Of a stretch of 64,000 nucleotides of DNA, positions 27,716 to 36,424 are shown piece after piece. The first letter of the stretch is position 1; each line of letters starts with the position of its first letter. The translations under genes were made by a program, and so were the position numbers. Origin of the DNA: an uncultured Bdellovibrionales bacterium (lineage in GTDB: Bacteria; Bdellovibrionota_C; UBA2361; SZUA-149; CAZDWZ01); assembly GCA_964405665.1 (NCBI GenBank), contig CAYOOT010000004.1:8053-72052 (forward strand), written 5' to 3'. The notes beneath the pieces are model-generated. The model did no database searches. It was not told the origin of the DNA and was given only the letters and a program-made list of their open reading frames with translations.

Positions 27716-28009
27716 ATGCCGCTAAAAAATTTCAAGGATAACCCGATAGCAAAAGATCTTCAGGACCCTAGCTTTGCTGTAGAATATCTAGAAGAAGCTT
27801 TAAATGAAGATGTACAAGATTTTCTGATTGCTCTTCGAAATGTTGCCGATGCCAACGGTGGATTAAGTAAGCTCTCAAAGGTCTCTAAACTTGGAAGAGA
27901 AAGTCTTTACAAAACTCTTGCTCAAGATAGAAATACCAGTCCTTATTTTGCTACAATTTATCAAATACTTAATGCCTTAGGGATGAAATTTTCTATTCAA
28001 ATAAAATAA
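27716..28009 (+). CDS. Putative addiction-module antidote protein (HTH, HigA-like); apparently orphan
   Basis: 97 aa; FAVEYLEEALNEDVQDFLIALRNVADANGGLSKLSKVSKLGRESLYKTL matches the 'probable addiction module antidote' family. No killer gene immediately upstream. Confidence 0.5.
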   Translation: MPLKNFKDNPIAKDLQDPSFAVEYLEEALNEDVQDFLIALRNVADANGGLSKLSKVSKLGRESLYKTLAQDRNTSPYFATIYQILNALGMKFSIQIK

Positions 28010-28194
28010 AACTCCCTCATAGTGACAGTAAACTCCAATATATTCTGATCCTTATATTTTTCAGATAATCTGAACGTATCAAAAAAAATCAGCGAATATA
28101 ACGTTTATCAAGATTTAATTTAACAAAATTGAATTTTTATAAAATATCTTGACAATACATATAGGAATAATTACTATAGGAATTATTACCATAG

Positions 28195-28566
28195 ATGGAA
28201 AAATATAAGCTTAAGGACTTTCATAGGTGGGCAAAAAAAGAAGGGCTTTCTAATAACGATCTCCTCCGAACTTCAGAAGAAATGTCTAAAGGATTATTGG
28301 GAGATAGATTAGGAGCTTACATATTTAAGAAAAGAATTGGTATTGCAAATAAAGGAAAGCGAAGTGGATTAAGAACCATCATAGTTTATAGAGACAATGA
28401 ATTTGCTATATTTATTTATGGATATGCAAAAAACGAAAAAAGCGACCTCGAACCAAAAGAACAAGCAGCTCTTAGAATTTTTGCAAAAGAACTGATTAAA
28501 TTATCGAAGGTAGAAAGAATGAAAAAAGAACAAGAAGGAATATTAATTAAGATAGTGGAAGAATAA
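28195..28566 (+). CDS. Type II toxin, RelE/HigB-like (DUF1044-type)
   Basis: 123 aa, basic; LKDFHRWAKKEGLS...GKRSGLRTII...AIFIYGYAKNEKSDL pattern. Immediately followed (3-nt gap) by an HTH antitoxin gene. Confidence 0.5.
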   Translation: MEKYKLKDFHRWAKKEGLSNNDLLRTSEEMSKGLLGDRLGAYIFKKRIGIANKGKRSGLRTIIVYRDNEFAIFIYGYAKNEKSDLEPKEQAALRIFAKELIKLSKVERMKKEQEGILIKIVEE

Positions 28567-28568
28567 AC

Positions 28569-28883
28569 ATGAAACGTAAATCACTTTCTCAAACATTAGT
28601 AATGGCTGCCAAAGATTTGGGCTTTCAAAAAGCAACCATTGATAAATTGGAATCTTTAAATGTTCCCGAAGTTAGGCGTTTAACTGCAAAAGATATAAGG
28701 CGTATCAGAAAAAAAATGAATGCTAGTCAGGGAGTGTTTGCTAAGTATCTAAATGTAAATCCTTCAACTTTACAAAAATGGGAACAAGGTGCAATTAGTC
28801 CGCAAAATACAGCATTAAAACTTCTTAATTTGATAGATGATTTAGGGGTTGAAATATTGTTAGCTGCCAAAATTTCAAGATAA
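28569..28883 (+). CDS. HTH XRE-family antitoxin (HigA/NadS-like)
   Basis: 104 aa; ...ASQGVFAKYLNVNPSTLQKWEQGAISPQNTALKLL helix-turn-helix. Translationally coupled to the upstream toxin. Confidence 0.6.
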   Translation: MKRKSLSQTLVMAAKDLGFQKATIDKLESLNVPEVRRLTAKDIRRIRKKMNASQGVFAKYLNVNPSTLQKWEQGAISPQNTALKLLNLIDDLGVEILLAAKISR

Positions 28884-28923
28884 GCAGCTTGCCAATTCCA
28901 AAATTGGTGCTTAAGTTGAACCT

Positions 28924-29163
28924 ATGGACACCAAACTAAATCAATATTGTTCTGATAAACTAGATGCAACTTCTGAAAAACGTGAGGCAAATAGCTGTGT
29001 TGCACTTGGTGCAGGGGTTGGTGCTTTAGGAATAGGCGCAGCTCTTATTACGGGTGCAATTTGTCCTCTTTGTTATGTAATAGCTCCAGGTCTTATTGGA
29101 GCAGGTCTTTTAAAACGTCGGAATATTACTAAGAAAGAAAAAAAGAGAGGTTCAAATGAGTGA
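28924..29163 (+). CDS. Small hydrophobic protein (79 aa), Gly/Ala-rich TM segment
   Basis: ORF only; CVALGAGVGALGIGAALITGAICPLCYVIAPGLIGAGLL is a predicted TM hairpin. Confidence 0.3.
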   Translation: MDTKLNQYCSDKLDATSEKREANSCVALGAGVGALGIGAALITGAICPLCYVIAPGLIGAGLLKRRNITKKEKKRGSNE

Positions 29164-29299
29164 AAATACACAGTCAAATAATTCTTGTTCTTCAGAGAAA
29201 AGTAAAAGTTGTTGTTCGGCATTGAGCTGTAGTCCCTGTCTGATACTTTGGGGAATTGTCGCAGTATTTTTTATTGGGAAATATCTATTAGGATATTAG
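29156..29299 (+). CDS. Small Cys-rich peptide (47 aa) with C-terminal TM helix, overlapping previous gene by 8 nt
   Basis: Manual translation: MSENTQSNNSCSSEKSKSCCSALSCSPCLILWGIVAVFFIGKYLLGY. Below the ORF-track cutoff; ATGAGTGA overlap suggests coupling. Confidence 0.25.
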   Translation: MSENTQSNNSCSSEKSKSCCSALSCSPCLILWGIVAVFFIGKYLLGY

Positions 29300-29346
29300 T
29301 TCTTTGAAAAGGTACTTTTAAAAAATTAAAACTAAACTTCTTCTAA

Positions 29347-29373
29347 GTAAGCGGACTTTAGTCCGCTTATTAC
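29347..29373. terminator. Perfect palindrome AAGCGGACTTTAGTCCGCTT (repeat-family half-site) acting as a bidirectional hairpin terminator
   Basis: 9-bp stem with 2-nt loop, followed by A/T-rich sequence. Sits between convergent gene ends (29299 + and 29382 -). Same motif recurs at 41951-41978. Confidence 0.5.
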
Positions 29374-29381
29374 CAAAATCT

Positions 29382-30506
29382 TCACACCATCTCCAAATTC
29401 GCCCTGGGAATTAAAACTTCTTCCTTATTTTCCAATCTGATTTTTGCGACCCGCACTTCCGCTCCGGTGGCAATTACTTGTGGTTCATGCGGCAGATCCA
29501 ATACTTCAGCAAACATTCCAAAATAAGGAACTCTGATTACCCGGACTTTGGAACCAACATTAAGTAAACCAATTTCATCTTTTGTTTGATCTCTTAATGA
29601 AGAATCGTTATGGGGAATAATTAATTCCGGACGCATTGCGCCGGCACGAATTTGAGTAGCACCACTAACGGAAGCAAATTTCCCGTTAAATTTCTTAGCA
29701 AGTTCGGTAATTCTTTGAGAAATTGCAAGCGATCCGAAGCCTTCCGTAATAATTAAAGTAAAGGGAAGAACTTCATCTCCGGTAATGGAAACTCCGATTT
29801 CATAACCTAAAAATTCATGCAGAGTATCTGCCTCAATGGAACCGGTAATTACAGCACTGATTTCTTGTTCAGCGCAAAATTTTAGTGCTGCTTTGGAAAA
29901 ACCCATTCCCCCAATTAAAATTTTATTTTTTAGTTTTCCTTGATATTTTTCCAAATCCGTCTTTTCAATTAAATCAGTAACCGCTTTTTCCAAAACAAAA
30001 ACCTCACCACTTTTTTCAGAGCCCACACCAAATATCCCTTGAATAAAAGTTCCTGTTGTTTGAATGCTCACTGTTTTTTCTTCCTCCAACTCCAAGACTT
30101 CTCCCCCAATATAAGCATTAACTGACAATTGTTCCGACTTTTGTCTGATTCCCAAGTGGGCATTGGATTCCGTAAAAAATTCCACCTTTCCTGCAGAGCT
30201 GGATTTTAATTCCTCTTTGAACCAGGAAAAAAGCCCGGATACTTCGCAGAGAAGATCTCCTACTTTGACTTCGTCTCCCACCTTCACTTTCATTCCTTCT
30301 AGCACTCGCTCTACATCATAACCTAAACGATCGGCTATTCGGATAATATCAAGTTCTCCGGGAAGTTCCGCAGAAAGAACGATGGTAGAAGATTGGACCT
30401 GCTCACCTTTTTTAACCAGGACTTTACCTTTTAAAGGAAGTTCTCTTGTTTTAAGAATTGTTTTATAGGCCGATATTTCAAGTCCTGGAGTGTATGCTTT
30501 ACTCAT
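29382..30506 (-). CDS. Hypothetical protein of operon 29382-36143 (375 aa from MSKAYTPG start; possible barrel-sandwich/lipoyl-like segment KVKVGDEVKVGDLLCE)
   Basis: ORF 29382..30551. The internal ATG at 30504-30506 overlaps the upstream gene stop by 8 nt (ATGAGTAA), suggesting coupling. Confidence 0.45.
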   Translation of the reverse strand: MSKAYTPGLEISAYKTILKTRELPLKGKVLVKKGEQVQSSTIVLSAELPGELDIIRIADRLGYDVERVLEGMKVKVGDEVKVGDLLCEVSGLFSWFKEELKSSSAGKVEFFTESNAHLGIRQKSEQLSVNAYIGGEVLELEEEKTVSIQTTGTFIQGIFGVGSEKSGEVFVLEKAVTDLIEKTDLEKYQGKLKNKILIGGMGFSKAALKFCAEQEISAVITGSIEADTLHEFLGYEIGVSITGDEVLPFTLIITEGFGSLAISQRITELAKKFNGKFASVSGATQIRAGAMRPELIIPHNDSSLRDQTKDEIGLLNVGSKVRVIRVPYFGMFAEVLDLPHEPQVIATGAEVRVAKIRLENKEEVLIPRANLEMV

Positions 30507-32322
30507 AAACCATGCCCATTTGTTTATACCAAGATTTAATTGCTTCTTCACCCGGGATATCTAGCGGTCGTCCTCTTCCATCAAAAATCAAACCAACCAA
30601 GCCGCCTGATAAAACAGTTTCTACTTCTTTGCCTATCCCTGCTCCAATATTAACTGAGGAATGAAGAGGTTTTAGTTTTGCTTTTATTTCTTTTCCAGTT
30701 TCTAGATCTATTTTTAATAATTCACCAGAATGTAAAATAATTTCCTTAGAATTTTCTAAAGTAATCAGACATAATTCTTTTCCCGGACCTACTTTGCCAG
30801 TCGGTGCAATTACCGTTCCCAATGAAACTAAACAATCTCTAAAAAGTATTTCTGAGGCAGCTTCCAAATGGACATCAGAAAAAACTCCCAAATGAGGCAT
30901 CATAAAAATTGAATCTACTGCTAGTTTAGTTACACCAGTTGGTTGATAACTATCAATCAACATCAATGCGGCGCTGTTTCTGTTAGGAGCATGACTTAAA
31001 ACTCCACCGGAACCGATAATTAAATCAAGTTTCATCATATCAACCAGAGAGTTATTTTCCTGTTTGAACAAATCTCCGATTGCCCGTTGTTTTTTTGCTC
31101 CCTTTAAACCAACGGCTAAGCGTTTATGATGTTCAAAAGCGAGTCTTAATGCTTCCCGACAAATTGCTTGTTCCAAGATTAAATCTTCCATCGTCTGGGG
31201 AATACTGGTCGGACGAATCATCTTGTTGCGCAAACGATCACGCAGTTCATTTTCTGATATTTTAAAAGGCAGCCATCTTAGAATATTTTTCTCTCCCGCT
31301 TCCAACATCACATTGGCTACGGAATAACTCATTCCCAAATTGGCACTGACTGTTCGATTAAAAATCGGTTCTCGATTTTCTTCCTCATTAAAAAAAACGG
31401 AAAAAACATCGGTCGTTGCACCCCCGATATCAACAGCAAGTATTTGCAGTCCGGTTTTTTTGGAAGCATTTAAAACCATTTGCCCTACAGCTGCCGGAGT
31501 GGGAATAATTGGCACCGGGGACCAAGTTAATAATTTTTTATATCCCGGAGCATGGCTCATCACATGATGTAAGAACAATTCATGGATCGCTTCTCTTGCC
31601 GGAGCTAAATTTTCTTTTTCCAAAGTTGGTCTTAAATTGTCCACGGCATGAAAAGAAAATCTTTTTTCTAAAATCCTTTTCGCATCTTCTCTAGCTAAGG
31701 AATTTGCCGCATAAATAATTGGCAATTTCAATGTGTCACCAAATCTAGGTTTAGGATCGGCTTGTAAAATTATTTCAGCAAGTTCCAAAGGATGATTAAC
31801 TGTTCCTCCTTCTGTTCCACCGGCAAGGAGCACAATATCCGGCCTTAAATGTCTAATTCTTTGCACCCGCTCATAAGCTTCCCGGCCATCATCAATAGAA
31901 ATTGCATCTAAAACTATCGCTCCTGCTCCGAGCGCCGCCCGCTCAGCAGACTCTGTCGTCATATTTTTTACAACACCGGCAACTACAATCTGTAATCCTC
32001 CGCCAGCAGAACTAGTAGAGACATACAAATCTATACCGTCTTTATCCTCAGCATTTTTTTTAAAACAAAAAGGAATTTCATCTTCCTTTGCCTTTTCATT
32101 TAAAATTTTTCTTCCGGATAATTCCTGAACTTCTAAAAAAGCATTGATCGCACCGATAGTCACATCAGCAACTGGTTTTTCCACAGTAGTCGGAGCTTCT
32201 CCGCGAAAAGTTTGCCTCCAGCCTTGATCCGTTTTTTCAAAAAGCACGGCCTTTGTCGTGGTGGAACCACAATCTGTTGCCAAGACTACTGTCAAATCAT
32301 TGAGATTAATATTTTCTTTCAT
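30499..32322 (-). CDS. ASKHA-superfamily (actin/Hsp70-fold) ATPase, 607 aa (MutL/EutA/hydantoinase-A-like)
   Basis: Phosphate-1 motif VVLATDCGSTTTKAVLF near N-terminus and phosphate-2 motif ILAVDIGGATTDVFSV (D-x-G-G-x-T-T-D) mid-protein. Confidence 0.55.
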   Translation of the reverse strand: MKENINLNDLTVVLATDCGSTTTKAVLFEKTDQGWRQTFRGEAPTTVEKPVADVTIGAINAFLEVQELSGRKILNEKAKEDEIPFCFKKNAEDKDGIDLYVSTSSAGGGLQIVVAGVVKNMTTESAERAALGAGAIVLDAISIDDGREAYERVQRIRHLRPDIVLLAGGTEGGTVNHPLELAEIILQADPKPRFGDTLKLPIIYAANSLAREDAKRILEKRFSFHAVDNLRPTLEKENLAPAREAIHELFLHHVMSHAPGYKKLLTWSPVPIIPTPAAVGQMVLNASKKTGLQILAVDIGGATTDVFSVFFNEEENREPIFNRTVSANLGMSYSVANVMLEAGEKNILRWLPFKISENELRDRLRNKMIRPTSIPQTMEDLILEQAICREALRLAFEHHKRLAVGLKGAKKQRAIGDLFKQENNSLVDMMKLDLIIGSGGVLSHAPNRNSAALMLIDSYQPTGVTKLAVDSIFMMPHLGVFSDVHLEAASEILFRDCLVSLGTVIAPTGKVGPGKELCLITLENSKEIILHSGELLKIDLETGKEIKAKLKPLHSSVNIGAGIGKEVETVLSGGLVGLIFDGRGRPLDIPGEEAIKSWYKQMGMVYE

Positions 32323-32326
32323 CAGA

Positions 32327-33022
32327 TCAACTTATGAATAATGCGACCCACTTATTAATTAAAAAATCCAAACGCTCCACTAACAGAGCCATCCGCGCCA
32401 TTACTGTAGAACCGAAAAAAGCACCGAAACACCCCATCATCATCCATCTTCCGGCATAGGAAACTTTTGTCACCAGGCCATTTTCCTTGCGCTTAAAGGT
32501 AAAAAAGAAATAACTCATCGCTGAAATCATCGTGAACATAAAAACCAGATTACTAAAAGTTTCAAAACTAGAAGCAGGCACATATAGAGGCTTAAATGAA
32601 GCTGTAATCTGCGGCAATAATTCCACAAACATCCCTCTAATTGCCGCTCCGGCAGAAGCACCAAAGGAAAAACCGATTACTAATTGAGCCAGCCAATTAT
32701 ATTTCCGCGACAAAACAAAATAATAAAGTGATCCAAAGAGCATTGGTAAAATTATCAGTAACCTTTGTTTATTATAAGGTTCCAAATAAGTCCCATCGGG
32801 AAATACCACCAAATCTAAACCAAAAAGTGGAACTATCGCTTTTGGCCAAAAAGATTCCTTGAAAACAACAATAATTCCCCAGGAAGTGGCAATCCCAATA
32901 AAGAAATGTTCAAAAAATCTGAAAAAAGCATTCTCTTTATAAAGGAATGAAAATATTGCCAGCGAGCAAATGCCGCCTAAGAAAATTTCAAAAAATTCAA
33001 ATGTGAAATATTGCGTTTCCAT
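32327..33022 (-). CDS. Polytopic membrane protein (231 aa), operon member
   Basis: ORF with ~6 hydrophobic segments; 4-nt gap to upstream gene. Confidence 0.45.
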   Translation of the reverse strand: METQYFTFEFFEIFLGGICSLAIFSFLYKENAFFRFFEHFFIGIATSWGIIVVFKESFWPKAIVPLFGLDLVVFPDGTYLEPYNKQRLLIILPMLFGSLYYFVLSRKYNWLAQLVIGFSFGASAGAAIRGMFVELLPQITASFKPLYVPASSFETFSNLVFMFTMISAMSYFFFTFKRKENGLVTKVSYAGRWMMMGCFGAFFGSTVMARMALLVERLDFLINKWVALFIS

Positions 33023-33922
33023 CTAGGTTTGTTTATTCCTGCGCTCAATTAGATAAGTAATATTTCCTAAAACTATAAATAATAAAATTAGCAGCTGCGC
33101 CACTGCCAGACCGGTATTAGTTGCCGTAGCTAATTCTTCTCTTTGAGGATAATCTTTATTCATTAATTGGTCATACCAAGCTGCGCCAGCAACTCCTTCA
33201 AAGAAACCCAGAATTTGTTTGGAATTGTAATATAAATAAGCTTCAGGAATTGTAATTGAAGTACAGCCATGAAGCATTGGAGGAATATAAGAATCGGTTC
33301 TAAAAAACTGTAGCCAAGTATTAAATGTTCCTACTAAACTTGTGATTTGCACCAAGAGAGAAATATCTTTTAAGGTATGCACCTTTTGCATTAGGGGGAT
33401 TTCTGAAAGAGGAGTTCCCTTATAATCGCTTTTTACTACTTTATGCAGATCTTCGGAGCGGGCAATCGCTTGAATTGACTGCCAACCTCCGGCTTGAAAA
33501 CCAAGATTGACCCAATCCACTCCATATTGCCAATTCTTTTCCGGATTTTCTTTTTTTAAAGTTTTAATTAATTCTAAAGGGAATTCTTGTAAAATCGGAG
33601 CTGCTTGCACATAAATTGTCATCAAGATAAAAGGAATTTTTTTTCTGAATAAATGCTCCATAATGATCTTAGATTGCGGTTCATTTTCAGCCATTGTTCC
33701 TGGTCCAAAATCTAAAGCAATCACCACTGGTTTTTGAGAATTATCCGGTAGAGCTTCCATTACTTTGAAAACATCAGCCGCCGCTTTCATCGGCACTGGT
33801 TTGAAATTAGTTTTAAGAATCATCGGTATTGCCAGGGCCAAGGCCACAAAAAGATAAACTAGCCGGGGATGAATGTTCAATAAATATTTCATTTCGATAA
33901 CAATCCATAAAACATTAAACAT
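33023..33922 (-). CDS. N-terminally anchored, probably periplasmic protein (299 aa), operon member
   Basis: ORF abutting next gene; single N-terminal hydrophobic segment LVYLFVALALAIPMIL then a soluble domain; C-terminal TM. Confidence 0.4.
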   Translation of the reverse strand: MFNVLWIVIEMKYLLNIHPRLVYLFVALALAIPMILKTNFKPVPMKAAADVFKVMEALPDNSQKPVVIALDFGPGTMAENEPQSKIIMEHLFRKKIPFILMTIYVQAAPILQEFPLELIKTLKKENPEKNWQYGVDWVNLGFQAGGWQSIQAIARSEDLHKVVKSDYKGTPLSEIPLMQKVHTLKDISLLVQITSLVGTFNTWLQFFRTDSYIPPMLHGCTSITIPEAYLYYNSKQILGFFEGVAGAAWYDQLMNKDYPQREELATATNTGLAVAQLLILLFIVLGNITYLIERRNKQT

Positions 33923-34040
33923 TCAGAATTATTCCGCAATCGAGGCGTTAAGTTTGTCGAAAAGCGGAGTGTATACTTCGAAACATGAGCATTCTCGACA
34001 AACTTAACAACAAAGAGTGCGGAAAATTGTGAACGTTTAA

Positions 34041-35072
34041 TCATTCTTTTTCCTGTAAGGGAGATCTTTCTAGTGACAACCACATTCTTATCGCCATCGC
34101 TAAACCGGCAATTGCAGCACCAAAGTAAATAGCCCTATTTCCAGGAGTGTTGATATTTTCCATCAGCCAACCACGAATTGCCGGCATCTGCTCGGAAATC
34201 AGCCTTCCTTGAGGAATTTGACCTAAAATTACCAGTATCGCTGTAAGCATCATAATCCCGGCTTCTACAGATTTTACTCTAAAGGAGCGGTAAGCCGCAT
34301 AGGCAATATAAAAAGCAAGAAGTGAAAACATCGAAGTGCTTAAAGGGACAAAAAAACCTTGATACATTAATTTAGAAGATTTTTTAATTGTCAGGTTTTC
34401 ATAATTGAGTTGCAGTAAATCTTTTACTGTAACTGTAAGATCTCTTATCGCCTGCACCAGAATTTCACTTTGTTTCTTTATTTCATCATTATTCTTTTCT
34501 TGAAATTTTGTTTTTAAAAAAGTGGAATATTCTAATAGTTCTTTTTCCTCTTTATTCAATTCATTTTGCAATTTCTGATAAATGATAATTTGTTCAGAAG
34601 TATAATTTTTATTTTGCTGAGGAAGAGAATGGATTTTTTTAACAACAAAATCTTGCAGTAAACTTATTTTTTCAATTTTCTGTTCGGAACTTAAACTGCT
34701 ATCGGAATTTATTTTATTTAAAAATAATTCCTGATCGGCAATCGGTTTCCATTTATTAAGATTGCTTAAAGAGAGGTACATGTCTGTGCCCTGAATAAAA
34801 AGCATCACAAAAAGCCCCAAAATAAGGGCAAAAGAGTTAATCCAAGCTTTTTGCAACTTCAATAATCTGCCGCCATGCACAAAAAGAATATTGATAATTC
34901 CCAAGCCGATGGCCATGTTACCGAGGATTACCAAACCATCCAGGATTTCTTCATGATAATTACCGAATTTGAAACTTCCAATTTCTTTAGGAAGCAGAAA
35001 TTCTAGGAGAAAATATGTCCCTGGAATAAAAGTGATCAAAGCAATTAATTTTCTTCTAAATTTTAAATTCAT
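34041..35072 (-). CDS. Membrane protein with central coiled-coil (343 aa), operon member
   Basis: N-terminal and C-terminal TM clusters. Central region rich in E/K/Q/L heptads (NKEEKELLEYSTFLKTKFQEKNNDEIKKQSEILVQAIRDLT). ATGA overlap with upstream gene. Confidence 0.4.
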   Translation of the reverse strand: MNLKFRRKLIALITFIPGTYFLLEFLLPKEIGSFKFGNYHEEILDGLVILGNMAIGLGIINILFVHGGRLLKLQKAWINSFALILGLFVMLFIQGTDMYLSLSNLNKWKPIADQELFLNKINSDSSLSSEQKIEKISLLQDFVVKKIHSLPQQNKNYTSEQIIIYQKLQNELNKEEKELLEYSTFLKTKFQEKNNDEIKKQSEILVQAIRDLTVTVKDLLQLNYENLTIKKSSKLMYQGFFVPLSTSMFSLLAFYIAYAAYRSFRVKSVEAGIMMLTAILVILGQIPQGRLISEQMPAIRGWLMENINTPGNRAIYFGAAIAGLAMAIRMWLSLERSPLQEKE

Positions 35073-35854
35073 TTTTCAAGTAAGGCTTCAATATGAAGTT
35101 TTTCCAGTTTTTGTTCTTTGATGCTGTAATAAGTAGCTTCTAAAACCCCAATCAAAACCAAAAATAAAACAATTAATTTGGCAAAGTCTTGTCCGCGAAG
35201 ACTTCCTTGCTGCACCGGATCCTTTGATAAATAAGAACTGGCAGCAAATAACTCTTCTCCAATTAAAGTATAATCACAAGAAGCGATAAAAAATGGAATT
35301 TGATGAGTATCGGTAGTGGCGGCAATTTGAACGGCATTAGCCTTTTGTCCGGCTTCTGCCAGGATTAAAGATTCAGCAGCAAAGGAACCAAACAAAAATG
35401 CCGCTCCCACCTTTTCTCTTTCCACTATTCCCATATAACCGGAGGCAAATGCGAATTGCTCACTGGACAAAAATCTAAGGGAAGTGGGATCGTAGACGGC
35501 ATATTTTTTTACTTCCCGGTAAGCATTTTGCAATGTGACGTCGGCAAGGGCCACCGCTTCTGGATCCCCTAAAGGAACAAAAAGTCGGCTGCCATAGTTG
35601 GCAGTTTTTTTGGCGATGTAACTCAAAACCCCAAGACAAGCTGCCAAGAGAGGTCCGATTGAAGTCATTGCCGTAGTAAAAGAAAGTGGCCGTCCTAACT
35701 CTACAGAACGCCCAATTGCCTCATCAATGGCATTGACACCGGGGATTTTTCGAACAAAAATGTCAGTCCCTTTTTTCGCCTTAAAAATAAAATAAAGAAT
35801 CGGGCTTGAAAATAAGGCCAATAAAACCATTACCGAATATGTGGCATGTTCCAT
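35069..35854 (-). CDS. Polytopic membrane protein (261 aa), operon member
   Basis: ORF with N-terminal TM, central amphipathic region and C-terminal TM (LIVLFLVLIGVL). Confidence 0.4.
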   Translation of the reverse strand: MEHATYSVMVLLALFSSPILYFIFKAKKGTDIFVRKIPGVNAIDEAIGRSVELGRPLSFTTAMTSIGPLLAACLGVLSYIAKKTANYGSRLFVPLGDPEAVALADVTLQNAYREVKKYAVYDPTSLRFLSSEQFAFASGYMGIVEREKVGAAFLFGSFAAESLILAEAGQKANAVQIAATTDTHQIPFFIASCDYTLIGEELFAASSYLSKDPVQQGSLRGQDFAKLIVLFLVLIGVLEATYYSIKEQKLEKLHIEALLEK

Positions 35855-35891
35855 AAATTAACCAGTCTTTCTAAATAACTTTCCCATATGG

Positions 35892-36143
35892 TTAAGAACT
35901 CAAACTAGGTGTTTCTATCAATTTGATTAAATGTTGGATATTTTCTCGATTCGCAAGTAAATTTTTATAATCATTAAGTTTTTCGAGACCAAAGAAAGGA
36001 GTAAGAAAAGGTTCAAAGACTAAAAATCCCGTATGAAATAAACTAAGCACCGGCAAATGCATTTGTAAAAATAACAAAGCAGGAAATTCTAATTTTTTTT
36101 CCTTAATTTTTGTTGCTAAATTTTCAATTAAGTCTTCTTTCAA
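35892..36143 (-). CDS. Small hydrophobic protein (83 aa), first gene of operon
   Basis: ORF 37 nt upstream of the next gene on the same strand; preceded by a ~280-bp AT-rich non-coding region. Confidence 0.3.
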   Translation of the reverse strand: MKEDLIENLATKIKEKKLEFPALLFLQMHLPVLSLFHTGFLVFEPFLTPFFGLEKLNDYKNLLANRENIQHLIKLIETPSLSS

Positions 36144-36424
36144 ATTACACCATAATCTGCTCGGAACTTTGCCTGCTTAACTAACAAAATCTATTTCCTA
36201 GCACTACAATAAACAATACTTTTGATAGAAATTATAAAAATATCCTATGGTAGAAAAATTACTAAGATGTTAATATTACAAGTAACTTATACTTGTTGCA
36301 TCAAATAAATTGAAACCCTTGTAAACTATGCTTTTTTTGTTGTAAGGGGCAAACAAGTAGCATGGTTTTTTAGCTCTAAATTTGAACTCAATATACTGAT
36401 TAAATAGACAAAGGCAGCAAAATT

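Noticed and set aside
17634-29299. Prophage or integrative element hypothesis (SNF2 helicase, TA module, small membrane peptides)
   Set aside because: There is no integrase, terminase, capsid, tail or tRNA attachment site. The intervening genes are glycan and methyltransferase housekeeping-type genes.
33889-34083. 64-aa minus-strand ORF bridging two operon genes
   Set aside because: It overlaps the ends of both neighbouring genes in another frame and occupies the short intergenic gap. It more likely reflects the RBS/leader region of 33023..33922.
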